Part shown: positions 10,406-19,419 of the stretch, piece after piece | How the letters are laid out: every line of letters begins with the position of its first letter | Numbering within the stretch: position 1 is the stretch's first letter | Source of the DNA: an uncultured Lachnospiraceae bacterium | GTDB lineage: Bacteria > Bacillota > Clostridia > Lachnospirales > Lachnospiraceae | Assembly (NCBI GenBank): GCA_946621195.1 | Contig: CAMOOH010000001.1 | Coordinates: 1,065 to 65,064, forward strand | DNA length: 64,000 bases | Direction of reading: 5' to 3' | Program-made: the position numbers and the translations under genes | The notes under the pieces: generated by a model | Database searches by the model: none | What the model was told of the DNA's origin: nothing | The model's input: only the letters and a program-made list of their open reading frames with translations

Positions 10406-11056
10406 TCAATTCTCCTCATTGATATCTTCAAAAAATAACGGCAGCTTTTCCTTAAACTCCCTCAAAGCGATCAGTGCGACCTCTCTCATCTGGGGATGCG
10501 CCGCCTTGTCCGTGCGCAGCTTAAAAAAGTTTCTCCATGAACGCAGATTCATCGTAATGACTATCTCCGTCTTGAGTGAGTTGGGAAGTACGGAGCGCGC
10601 CTCCTGCGGCGTTGCCCCCGCGTCAAGCATCTCAAAATATGCCTTTTCGCTCTCTTCCATTGACCGCTTCCATATGTTATATTTTTTCAGATCATCCTCA
10701 TTATTCAGATCGTATTCAAAGCCACTTGCAAGATCGATAACGGATATCTCATTGCCGAATTTATCGCTTGTGTAGTTACAATATCTGGTACTCTCCTGGG
10801 AGTAGCTTGCTATCCTGTGGCGGACTATCTCATGTGTGACTCCTCTGTCACATGTGAATCTCACCGTGATCGCCTCGTGCTCGATCACCGACTCATGACC
10901 TCTTCGCAGGATATTGGAGATAAATCTCTCCGCGGATCCTTCAGAGATGTTGCTCTCAGACTTATAGCAGACCCTGCCTATCCTCTCGATCTTTTTTATT
11001 ATCTTTTCATAGTCCTCCATGTCGATTATCTCAACAGACGGCTTGGTAATATTCAT
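10406..11056 (-). CDS. thyX: Flavin-dependent thymidylate synthase
   Basis: ThyX signature RHRIASYSQESTRY in a 216-aa protein. Confidence 0.9.
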   Translation of the reverse strand: MNITKPSVEIIDMEDYEKIIKKIERIGRVCYKSESNISEGSAERFISNILRRGHESVIEHEAITVRFTCDRGVTHEIVRHRIASYSQESTRYCNYTSDKFGNEISVIDLASGFEYDLNNEDDLKKYNIWKRSMEESEKAYFEMLDAGATPQEARSVLPNSLKTEIVITMNLRSWRNFFKLRTDKAAHPQMREVALIALREFKEKLPLFFEDINEEN

Positions 11057-11096
11057 CAGCTGCTCCTTTCGTTATCACTCCCGATCCCCGAACCGG

Positions 11097-11699
11097 CTAA
11101 GCCAGATACTTTCTTACTATCTGTCCGACTCTCATCCTGTCGGCATACTCTAAGCATTTTTCAGGTTTGGCGTCGGGATTCTTTTTGTATGCTTCAACTA
11201 TCTTTTTCAGTTGCGTTACACCTATCTCACTCTCAAGGCGTATACTGTCACAAATGCTTCTGTCGATCCCGTATACCCTCACGGTAACACCGTTTGCCTT
11301 GAAGGTGACCATATCATCCTCAAAGGTCTGCTTGGAATAATAGTGCCTTGACACCGGAAACTGAAGCTTCATCCCGCCGCGATCCGTGCGCGCAGTGGCT
11401 ATATAAAGTCTTTCCGGCTCGCTTTGCAGCAGTCCGTGATAGTAGCACGCGCTAGGCCCGCATATGACTGCCTTTGGGTTGGTCATACAAGCCTCGATCA
11501 TTTTATAGTTTTCGGGCTTTGGTATTTTCAAAAAGCTTCCCCAGTAGTTTCCGTGTGAAACCTTCTCGATATCACCTGCTTCAAGAAGCTCCTTTATGTG
11601 TATCGTGGATATCTTCTCATCAAGCATGATCCTGGTCGGCAGGTAACCTCCTTTTTTCTCAAATAATGAATAGATCTTATCATAGGTTCTTTTAAGCAT
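11097..11699 (-). CDS. AbiEi-like antitoxin/transcriptional regulator domain protein (no AbiEii partner present)
   Basis: 200 aa. The pattern is an N-terminal wHTH-like segment ending in VSHGNYWG, followed by AVICGPSACYYHGL, ERLYIA and VRVYGIDRSICDSIR, which is typical of AbiEi family proteins. Confidence 0.65.
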   Translation of the reverse strand: MLKRTYDKIYSLFEKKGGYLPTRIMLDEKISTIHIKELLEAGDIEKVSHGNYWGSFLKIPKPENYKMIEACMTNPKAVICGPSACYYHGLLQSEPERLYIATARTDRGGMKLQFPVSRHYYSKQTFEDDMVTFKANGVTVRVYGIDRSICDSIRLESEIGVTQLKKIVEAYKKNPDAKPEKCLEYADRMRVGQIVRKYLA

Positions 11700-11799
11700 C
11701 TAAACCCACACTCCTATCTCACACCAATGCTGAAATATGATCATGTTTTGCGGTAATATATAGTCTGATCCGCAATATGGCTCAGCTGCGCCCCCTCTG

Positions 11800-14247
11800 T
11801 CACAACACCATGATGTACATAAGATACAGCTTTTTGAAAAGCCTTGCATCTCTATAGCCGTGACGGCATATATCCTCATAGACCTCCCTGAACTTGAAGC
11901 ACTCCTGTTCGCTTAAGTCATCCGGGCCGAACGCGGCGTGGAATACAACATCCACATAGAAGTCTATCTCTTCGCCGGACATGGACAAAGCCTCCTTAAG
12001 CTCCGCTTTCAACTCGTCCATCGTCTGTCCGTAGTATCTCACGCCCTTCCCCGCAAAATACGGAACAAGATGGCGATGCGTCATCCTGACTCTTCTTTTT
12101 TTGTTTTTGAGATCTGAAAGGCTTCGTCTGAAAAGATACTTTCTTATCCTTCTCTGTATCTCCAGAATCGCTGCCATCACAAGCAATATTATAACAATAA
12201 TTACAATAATATGCAAGACCCCTGATTTTTCAGGTGAGGAAGCAAGCTCACCGCCGTCAAGTCCCTGCTCCTTTGGCCCATCCTCTTCCTCGTTGCCCTC
12301 TATATCCTCGAATTCCATGCTCTCATCGGGTTTTTCGGTCACCATCGGAGTCGGAGTGACCTCGGCAGGTCCGTCTCCCTGACCCGCTCCGTCGGAGTAG
12401 CCTCCGGAATCATTTTCCTCGGAGCCCTGCTGCTCCCCGCGTCCCGGCGTGGTCTCAAACGTCACAAAGCCGTATCTGGGATCGTATACCTCTATCCACG
12501 CGTGAGCATCATAGTCGGGAATACTTATCTCTCCCGGAATACCCTCGTTCAGCTCATCGGGCGATATATACAGCCCCTCCACATATCTTGTCGGTATCCC
12601 CACGCTTCTGAGCAGTATGGCTGCGGCAGTCGCGTAGTATGTACAATATCCCTTCTTGCTCTCCTTCAAAAAGTACTCGACCGTATCTCTGTCTGACGGC
12701 GTGCGCCCCGGCGATTCGGAATACGTGGTATCCCTTGAGATATAGCTCCTTACTGCCTTAAGTATGTCGCTTATATCTCCCTCGCCCTCCTCGTACTGCC
12801 TGATGACCGCGGCGTACTCCGACTTGAACTCATCACATATACTCTTCAGATTGTCGGGGATCTGCAAATAGTACTTTCTTGCAAATGTCCCGAGCGCCTC
12901 GCTCTGCTCCGTATAGGTCGTCCAAAATACCGGATCGACCAGATCCTCGGACGAGTTCATCAAAAGCCGCCTGATCATATATGAATAGTTTAAGTAGTAT
13001 TCCTCGTCGTACTCGATCCCCGGGACCCTTGTGCGAAGATGTCCGTCGTTCCCGGTCATATACGCCTGCGAGGGCAGCACCGGTATCAGGTAGTCCCCCG
13101 CTCCGAATGCGATATTTCTGATATGCAGGTTGCCCAAGCTCCACAGGTTATCGGCACCTGTTTTTTCGTTGTCACCTACATCGTTTCTCAGCTGCACATG
13201 ATATGAATCCGGCGTGATATTTTTCGAAGAAAGTACAGCCAGATCCTGCTTGTACTGCGAATCCTTTTTGTTCGAGCTCCACTTATTGTCCTCATATACA
13301 TTGGCGACAAAGCTCTTCAAATACAGTCCGTAATTTGCGTTGACATCACCGGACAGCTTGATGAGAGTCTTGCCTGTGTGGTTCACATCCGCCTTTTTAC
13401 CGATCTTACCGTATTCGATGGCGGAGTCGCCCCAGTGCGCGCGGATCCATGCAAATATATCCTCCGAGCTCCAGGTTGCGAGCGAGGTGATGGTGTTTTT
13501 TGTCTCCAGCAGCTTTCCCTTGCCGCCCTCATACCTCGACGGCGGAACTATCACATATGAGATCAAGCCGCCTAACAGTCCTATCATTATCAATATGACG
13601 GATAGCTTCTGTCTGAGTCTGCGATCCGTCGAATTGGTCTTTTGCTGCCTTGTTCCTATGATGGCGACCAGCATGACGAGATAGACCAGCACATCCGTAA
13701 AGTAGCCTATCCTTCCGACATACATCGGCAGTATCACAAAGGGAAGCGTGCATATGACAAACACTCCCGAGCGCCTTTTTCTGTAGAAAAATGCACTGAC
13801 CACCGCCACCAGGAATACTCCGAGTATGACAAGCACCAGTGTGGTCGAAAAATTGACCGACACCTCTTCTTTGTTTTTATATGTTAAAAGTGCGAGGTTA
13901 CTTCCGGTGAAATTCATGAACTCCTTCAAAAAGCTGTTCACTACTGTTATAAAGCCCTTGTAGAGCTCATCGCGGAAGCGGAACGCCAGCATCACATAGA
14001 ATACAAGCAGTCCGCCGATGCCGTAAAGCTTTCCCCTGCGCATCGTCTCCAGTACGGAAAAAAGGGCATAGAAAAGAACCGTTCCTATCCCGATAAAGGA
14101 TAAAAACAGCGTCCTGTCATAAACCAGTTCAAGCGCCGTGGCCGTACAGGTGATCGAGGCTGATACACCCAAAAAGACCATCAGCATTTGGACAAGTTCC
14201 ATGAAAGCATTTACCAATTTATTGGATCGCTTTACCAAAACTGTCAC
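11800..14247 (-). CDS. Membrane transglutaminase-like protein (TgpA-like)
   Basis: Multi-TM N-terminus. Transglutaminase core GYCTYYATAAAILLRSVGIPTRYVEG...DAHAWIEVY (Cys-His-Asp), then an acidic low-complexity segment, a TM and a C-terminal tail. The start is uncertain: GTG at 14247 or TTG at 14238, the latter with a GAGGTG SD. Confidence 0.85.
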   Translation of the reverse strand: MTVLVKRSNKLVNAFMELVQMLMVFLGVSASITCTATALELVYDRTLFLSFIGIGTVLFYALFSVLETMRRGKLYGIGGLLVFYVMLAFRFRDELYKGFITVVNSFLKEFMNFTGSNLALLTYKNKEEVSVNFSTTLVLVILGVFLVAVVSAFFYRKRRSGVFVICTLPFVILPMYVGRIGYFTDVLVYLVMLVAIIGTRQQKTNSTDRRLRQKLSVILIMIGLLGGLISYVIVPPSRYEGGKGKLLETKNTITSLATWSSEDIFAWIRAHWGDSAIEYGKIGKKADVNHTGKTLIKLSGDVNANYGLYLKSFVANVYEDNKWSSNKKDSQYKQDLAVLSSKNITPDSYHVQLRNDVGDNEKTGADNLWSLGNLHIRNIAFGAGDYLIPVLPSQAYMTGNDGHLRTRVPGIEYDEEYYLNYSYMIRRLLMNSSEDLVDPVFWTTYTEQSEALGTFARKYYLQIPDNLKSICDEFKSEYAAVIRQYEEGEGDISDILKAVRSYISRDTTYSESPGRTPSDRDTVEYFLKESKKGYCTYYATAAAILLRSVGIPTRYVEGLYISPDELNEGIPGEISIPDYDAHAWIEVYDPRYGFVTFETTPGRGEQQGSEENDSGGYSDGAGQGDGPAEVTPTPMVTEKPDESMEFEDIEGNEEEDGPKEQGLDGGELASSPEKSGVLHIIVIIVIILLVMAAILEIQRRIRKYLFRRSLSDLKNKKRRVRMTHRHLVPYFAGKGVRYYGQTMDELKAELKEALSMSGEEIDFYVDVVFHAAFGPDDLSEQECFKFREVYEDICRHGYRDARLFKKLYLMYIMVL

Positions 14248-15349
14248 CTCTTAAATCCATTACTTCAAGACGGTTTCTCGTCAGTCCTATACCTTCCAGA
14301 TCTCCGTGATCGCAAACCGTCAGATACATAGCCGAATCCAGTGTCCTGCCCTGTTCCCATGCCAGATAGGCATCCACGAGCTCCGACGAATTATCGGTGG
14401 TCGTAAGCCTGAACAGATCCTGAAACATCCACAGCAGCTCCTCCTCGTGCTCGACAAGCCTCTCCTCGACCACATCGTTCACTCTGTCATACCATATGTA
14501 ATGCTGTGGGACCTTGTGCTCTATCATGTACAGCGAGATGGAGTATATGCCCTGTACTAAGAGATTTGCATTTTTATGCTTTATCTCATGCTCCCCCTCC
14601 ACACACAGGTCTATGAAGATATGCAATGCCTTTGCCAGAGGAAGTGAGCCGTCCTTTACCATAAGCGAGCCCGTCTTTGAGCTCAGCTTCCAGTGAATGC
14701 GCTGTATCTTGTCCCCGTCCGTATACTCTCTTATGTCAAAGACCTCGGAGGGATCGTCTCCCTTTTTATACAGCGAGAACCTGTCGGAATCCTGATCGGT
14801 CTCGTTGTACCACTTGTCCTTGCCGAGATAGTAGTCCTTGGTCGGCGGGAGCACAAGCACGTGCTGTGTGGGATAATTTTTCCCGATCGTCCAAGCAAAG
14901 ATGCTCAGATAATCGTATATCCTGACCTTGTCGACCTTGATCGCGAGGTCACCGCAGTTTTCCATCGGGACAACTATACGCCGGTCTCTTTTTCTGCCGG
15001 CATCGACGGAAAACCTGACCTTGAGCCTGCCCTTTTCTCCGGAAAATACATTGACATATCTGACCCTCACCACTCCCTTGGTGATTGGAAGAAATCGGTT
15101 GCGATTTTCCACGGAAAGTGTGATCGCCGCTCTCGCAGGCTTCTCCATACTGTCCTTCTCTGAGACCGGATTCTTGGCATCCACCGCCGCCGATACCCTC
15201 GTCCTCATGAAGATCAAAAACAGGAACATAAAAATAGGTATCCAAAACAGTATGCCCGCTATGGCAACCGTGCCGAATTCAAGATAAAATACACATATAA
15301 ATATCCCTATCAGACCAAGCAGGATATAAAGAACAGTTCCAAATGTCAT
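14219..15349 (-). CDS. DUF58 (vWA-like) domain protein
   Basis: Signature DIREYTDGDKIQRIHWKLSSKTGSLMVKD and two N-terminal TM segments. The ATG at 15349 lies 19 nt after the moxR stop. The track's extension to 15490 overlaps moxR and I reject it. Confidence 0.85.
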   Translation of the reverse strand: MTFGTVLYILLGLIGIFICVFYLEFGTVAIAGILFWIPIFMFLFLIFMRTRVSAAVDAKNPVSEKDSMEKPARAAITLSVENRNRFLPITKGVVRVRYVNVFSGEKGRLKVRFSVDAGRKRDRRIVVPMENCGDLAIKVDKVRIYDYLSIFAWTIGKNYPTQHVLVLPPTKDYYLGKDKWYNETDQDSDRFSLYKKGDDPSEVFDIREYTDGDKIQRIHWKLSSKTGSLMVKDGSLPLAKALHIFIDLCVEGEHEIKHKNANLLVQGIYSISLYMIEHKVPQHYIWYDRVNDVVEERLVEHEEELLWMFQDLFRLTTTDNSSELVDAYLAWEQGRTLDSAMYLTVCDHGDLEGIGLTRNRLEVMDLRGDSFGKAIQ

Positions 15350-15368
15350 ATCAGAATTCCCCTCAACC

Positions 15369-16298
15369 TTACGCCAGCTTCGGTGCCGGAACACGCCCCA
15401 CGATCTCTTCGATGATATCCTCTTCACTGACGTGCGCCATACGCGCCTTTCCGTTGAGCAGTACGCGGTGGGCAAGCACGGCACCGGCAACTCCCTTCAC
15501 ATCCTCGGGAAGTACGAACGCGCGTCCCGCAACATAAGCCCTTGCTCTGGACATATCCATAAGGGCAAGTGTACCTCTGGGGCTCACTCCCAGCGAGAGC
15601 ATCGCATGGTTTCTCGTGCCGTCGACTATTCGGGAAAGATAGGTAAGCACCTTGTCGTCAACGTGGATCTGCTTTACCTGCTCCTGCATCGCAACAAGCT
15701 CCTTTTTGGAAATGATCTCACGCACAAGGTCGAGCGGATTGGTCTCCTGACGCTCCCTGATAAGCCTCATTTCCTCCTCCATCGTCGGATATCCCATGGA
15801 GATCCTTATCATAAAACGATCCAGCTGTGACTCGGGAAGCATCTGTGTTCCCGCCGAGCCGACAGGATTCTGTGTAGCCATAACTATAAACGGCACGGGA
15901 AGCTGTCTGGTCACACCGTCTACAGTGACCTGACCCTCCTCCATGACCTCCAGAAGCGCCGACTGGGTCTTGGTAGATGTACGGTTGATCTCGTCCGCGA
16001 GCAAAAGGTTACACAGTATTGCCCCCGGCTTGTACTGGTACTCGCCGTCCGGTCCTATCATGTTGAAGCCGACCACATCACTCGGAAGTACGTCGGGCGT
16101 AAACTGGAGTCTTCTCTCGGTCAGCTCCATTGCTCTTGAAAAGGCTACCGCAAGGGTGGTCTTCCCGACTCCGGGCACATCCTCGATAAGTATATGTCCA
16201 CCGGCAAGTATGGCTGTCATGACCAGACGTATCTCCTTTTCCTTGCCTCGTATGACCTGTCCAACCTCATGCATGATCTGTTCAGTTCTCTCGTTCAT
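15369..16298 (-). CDS. MoxR-family AAA+ ATPase
   Basis: Walker A EDVPGVGKTTLA, Walker B LLADEINR, length 309 aa. It is the first gene of the MoxR-DUF58-transglutaminase string. Confidence 0.9.
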   Translation of the reverse strand: MNERTEQIMHEVGQVIRGKEKEIRLVMTAILAGGHILIEDVPGVGKTTLAVAFSRAMELTERRLQFTPDVLPSDVVGFNMIGPDGEYQYKPGAILCNLLLADEINRTSTKTQSALLEVMEEGQVTVDGVTRQLPVPFIVMATQNPVGSAGTQMLPESQLDRFMIRISMGYPTMEEEMRLIRERQETNPLDLVREIISKKELVAMQEQVKQIHVDDKVLTYLSRIVDGTRNHAMLSLGVSPRGTLALMDMSRARAYVAGRAFVLPEDVKGVAGAVLAHRVLLNGKARMAHVSEEDIIEEIVGRVPAPKLA

Positions 16299-16381
16299 TT
16301 TTCCACCATTCCTTTATATTCTGTATTTCCGGTTACTGTTTTCATCGGTCGATCCGTGTTACTTTTCCTTAATCGCTATGA

Positions 16382-16408
16382 AAGCTCGGATAACCGGTAT
16401 CCGAGCTT
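16382..16408 (-). terminator. Perfect 11-bp hairpin downstream of murA (possible terminator, no U-tract)
   Basis: AAGCTCGGATA-ACCGG-TATCCGAGCTT in the 168-bp gap between murA and moxR. Confidence 0.3.
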
Positions 16409-16466
16409 GCCCTGCAAACACTACTCATCTATGATCTCTGTCGGGGAAAACACAGATACATAAGCA

Positions 16467-17771
16467 TCACCCGACCTTCATTCGAAACTTCCTGACCTCT
16501 CTCTCGTCGTCCACGTCGATCTTTTCTATACGTCCTCCGATACCCCTTATCTTGTCCTCAAATCTCTCGTAGCCTCTCTCGATATAATGGATCTGGTCAA
16601 CACAGGTTATCCCCTCGGCGGCAAGTCCCGCCATGACAAGTGCTGCTCCTGCCCGAAGATCCGGCGCGCTGACCTCTGCTCCGGTGAACTTGTCCACACC
16701 CGTGATAAATGCGGCGTTGCCCTCTACCGTTATATTGGCTCCCATACGTCTGAGCTCGCTGACATACTTAAGACGTGTTTCAAAAATAGTCTCCGTCACT
16801 ATACTCGTTCCCATCGAGAGCGAGAGCAGCGTCGTCATCTGCGGCTGCATATCCGTCGGAAATCCGGGATAGGGCATGGTCTTTACATTGGCGTAAGACA
16901 GCCTCTTATCCGCGATAACTCTTACGCAATCGTCGTACTCGTCGACCCTGCAGCCGATCTCTGTCAGCTTTGCGGTGATAGCCTCCAAGTGCTTCGGGAT
17001 GACATTTTTAATAAGGACGTCTCCCCTAGTCGCCGCCACCATGAGCATAAATGTTCCCGCCTCTATCTGATCGGGGATTATAGAGTACTCACTTCCGTGA
17101 AGCTTTGAAACTCCCCTGATCCTTATGGCATCGGTACCGGCACCTCTGATATTGGCTCCCATGGAGTTTAGGAAGTTTGCCACATCAACTATGTGCGGTT
17201 CCTTGGCAGGGTTCTCTATAATGGTCTTCCCCTCCGCCATGCACGCCGCCATCATGATATTGATAGTGGCGCCCACGCTTGGGCAGTCCAGATATATATG
17301 ATCGCCGCGAAGAGTCTCCGCCTTCGCGTCTATCTTTCCGTGGTGGATGGATACCTTTGCGCCGAGCTGCTCAAAGCCCTTGATATGCTGATCGATGGGA
17401 CGTGATCCGATCTGACAGCCTCCGGGGAGAGCAACTAAAGCTCTTTTGTACTTTCCGAGAAGAGCTCCAACCAGATAATAGGATCCGCGGATCTTGCGGA
17501 TCGCCTCCTGATCGACATTTACATCATTTATAAGGGCGCCGTTAATACGCACCGTCGTCATATCCAGGCGCTCAACTATGGCACCTATACTCTCTACGGC
17601 ATCCAATAAGACCCTGACATCGTCGACATCCGGGATATTTTCAATAGTTACCGGTTCGTTTGCCATGATGGCCGCCACGATGATACCAAGCGCAGCGTTC
17701 TTTGCTCCACCTATCGTCACCTCGCCGGTCAGGGGATTGCCTCCCCTTATCATATACTTGTACATAGCCAA
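16467..17771 (-). CDS. murA: UDP-N-acetylglucosamine 1-carboxyvinyltransferase
   Basis: GGAKNAALGI, the active-site loop LPGGCQIGSRPID, length ~430 aa. GGAGG lies 6 nt upstream of the TTG at 17771; an ATG alternative is at 17765. Confidence 0.93.
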   Translation of the reverse strand: MAMYKYMIRGGNPLTGEVTIGGAKNAALGIIVAAIMANEPVTIENIPDVDDVRVLLDAVESIGAIVERLDMTTVRINGALINDVNVDQEAIRKIRGSYYLVGALLGKYKRALVALPGGCQIGSRPIDQHIKGFEQLGAKVSIHHGKIDAKAETLRGDHIYLDCPSVGATINIMMAACMAEGKTIIENPAKEPHIVDVANFLNSMGANIRGAGTDAIRIRGVSKLHGSEYSIIPDQIEAGTFMLMVAATRGDVLIKNVIPKHLEAITAKLTEIGCRVDEYDDCVRVIADKRLSYANVKTMPYPGFPTDMQPQMTTLLSLSMGTSIVTETIFETRLKYVSELRRMGANITVEGNAAFITGVDKFTGAEVSAPDLRAGAALVMAGLAAEGITCVDQIHYIERGYERFEDKIRGIGGRIEKIDVDDEREVRKFRMKVG

Positions 17772-17817
17772 AACAAGCCTCCATGAGGAGTATTATATCA
17801 TATACCCATCTATAAAG

Positions 17818-19416
17818 TCAATACACCATACGAACCTTGTATGGCAGTTCCTTTTCAAGCTCAGGATAAATCTGAAGGAAGCAGTCTATCTCGTCAAATG
17901 GTCCCGAGAGCATCACGACAAACTCCTCTCCGAATTCGTGAAGCACCTTGAGCAGCTGTTCCACAGATTCGCGGCTCAGCTCCGCAGCCTCCGTGATAAG
18001 AAGGCTCCTTCCGATCAGACGGTCTATCTGATCCTCGAGCCGTATCGTGTTCATACGCTCCGCGGTGATCCTCATGACCTTCTGCGCCGAGGTATATCCG
18101 AGTCTTGAAAGCTCCTTGGAAATCCTCTTCGTCATAGTCAGTGTTATCTTCTCCTCGCCTCCCGCAAACACAAAATGCGGAGGTTCAAAATCCCTGCGCC
18201 TCAGCTTCGCGACCACGTCGGAGGTCGTAAAGTACCTTATGCCTCTTTCGGAGACATCTGCGGGTCCCTCCTCGTAGTTCTCATCTACCGTAAACATCTT
18301 TTCAAGGCGCTGTGCCTTGATGGGATCATCTGTTTTTACCGGCTCTCCCACGGTCTCCGCCTGTCCCCGTCTGTTGAGGTACTTGGCTTCGAGTGTGGTG
18401 TGCCCGAGCGGATCGACCTCCTCACCCGATGCGGTATGCGGCTTGCCAACGCTCTCAATCACAGGCTCAGTCGCCTCATACGCGGATTCTTCGCTGTATG
18501 ACGGCTCTGCCGCCTCGTATACCGGTTCTTCGCTGTACGACGGCTCTGCTGCCTGATACACCGGCTCCTCGTGGTACGACGGCTCAGCCGCCTCGTATAC
18601 CGGGGTGTCCGGATCAAGCTGTCCGATCGGTGATGTCGGCTCTACCTCCAGTCTCTCTATACGGGTCTTTGCCGTAGCCGAGAGCATATCGTCCAGGGTC
18701 GGCTCGGAGGGAACATCACTTGTCTGCGTGCTCTCCTCAACGATCCTTGAGACCTCCTCGCCCACATGCTCATTGATCGCGTTTTCGATCTCCGACTCGG
18801 CTTCCATACGCGCCGCCAGATTCTCCGAGGTCTCGGCAACCACCTGCTTTGCCTCCTCGTCTTCGGTCTCATCCTCTTCGGGAAGTATCCTTGCGCCCCC
18901 GAACCACAGATGGAGATCCGCCATCTCATTTTTATAATCATCCATCCTGCCGGCCTGCTTGTAGAGATCAGCCAATCTCTTTCCCCAGACCTCCATGTAT
19001 TCCTCTTTTTTGAAATCTTCCAAAAGCCTTATACGATCCTCGATGCTTGAATCGGTAGCCTTTGATATCGCATATCGCAGGTCAAAGTCGTCCGCAACGG
19101 CTCCGTCCATTTTCTCAAATTCCTTGAGGTATACCTTTGCATCGGCGATCTCGCCTATCCTTATGAGCACCTTTATGAACTCGATCAGGTTGTGTCTGGC
19201 ACCTGTCATATTGAACAGGCAGAGATAGGTCCTTTTCATATCCTCAATATGACCGGTATTCTCCTGGATCGTCGCCATGTTTCTAAGGTCAAGCACCGAG
19301 TCGAGCTCCTCGGGCATAAGCTCGGATATCACATCCAGCCCCTTGTCATATTGCTTTTGCTCGACCAGCTCCTGCATAAGCTCGCAAAGTCTCTCGATCT
19401 GTCGTTTTCTAGCCAT
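17818..19416 (-). CDS. Hypothetical protein: helical N-terminus, acidic linker with 13-aa tandem repeats, degenerate AAA-like C-terminus
   Basis: 532-aa ORF. GGAGG lies 8 nt upstream of the ATG and sits inside the 3' end of the upstream gene (3-nt gap). The C-terminal segment FVFAGGEEKITLTMTKRI...LLITEAAEL parallels SpoVK/CbbX Walker A and B positions but lacks GKT and DE. Confidence 0.7.
   Translation of the reverse strand: MARKRQIERLCELMQELVEQKQYDKGLDVISELMPEELDSVLDLRNMATIQENTGHIEDMKRTYLCLFNMTGARHNLIEFIKVLIRIGEIADAKVYLKEFEKMDGAVADDFDLRYAISKATDSSIEDRIRLLEDFKKEEYMEVWGKRLADLYKQAGRMDDYKNEMADLHLWFGGARILPEEDETEDEEAKQVVAETSENLAARMEAESEIENAINEHVGEEVSRIVEESTQTSDVPSEPTLDDMLSATAKTRIERLEVEPTSPIGQLDPDTPVYEAAEPSYHEEPVYQAAEPSYSEEPVYEAAEPSYSEESAYEATEPVIESVGKPHTASGEEVDPLGHTTLEAKYLNRRGQAETVGEPVKTDDPIKAQRLEKMFTVDENYEEGPADVSERGIRYFTTSDVVAKLRRRDFEPPHFVFAGGEEKITLTMTKRISKELSRLGYTSAQKVMRITAERMNTIRLEDQIDRLIGRSLLITEAAELSRESVEQLLKVLHEFGEEFVVMLSGPFDEIDCFLQIYPELEKELPYKVRMVY
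18463..18603 (-). repeat. In-frame 39-nt tandem repeat (~3.6 copies) inside the 532-aa gene
   Basis: Encodes PVYEAAEPSYHEE / PVYQAAEPSYSEE / PVYEAAEPSYSEE / SAYEATEP. Confidence 0.85.
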
Positions 19417-19419
19417 TTC

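Noticed and set aside
15350-15490. N-terminal extensions suggested by the ORF track (DUF58 to 15490, glgP to 7187, ileS to 10409, SBP to 45152, rsmA to 55093, HD-GYP to 24224, cNMP-like to 21729)
   Set aside because: The extensions overlap upstream genes or lack SDs. Internal ATGs with GGAGG-type SDs at correct spacing match the expected family N-termini.
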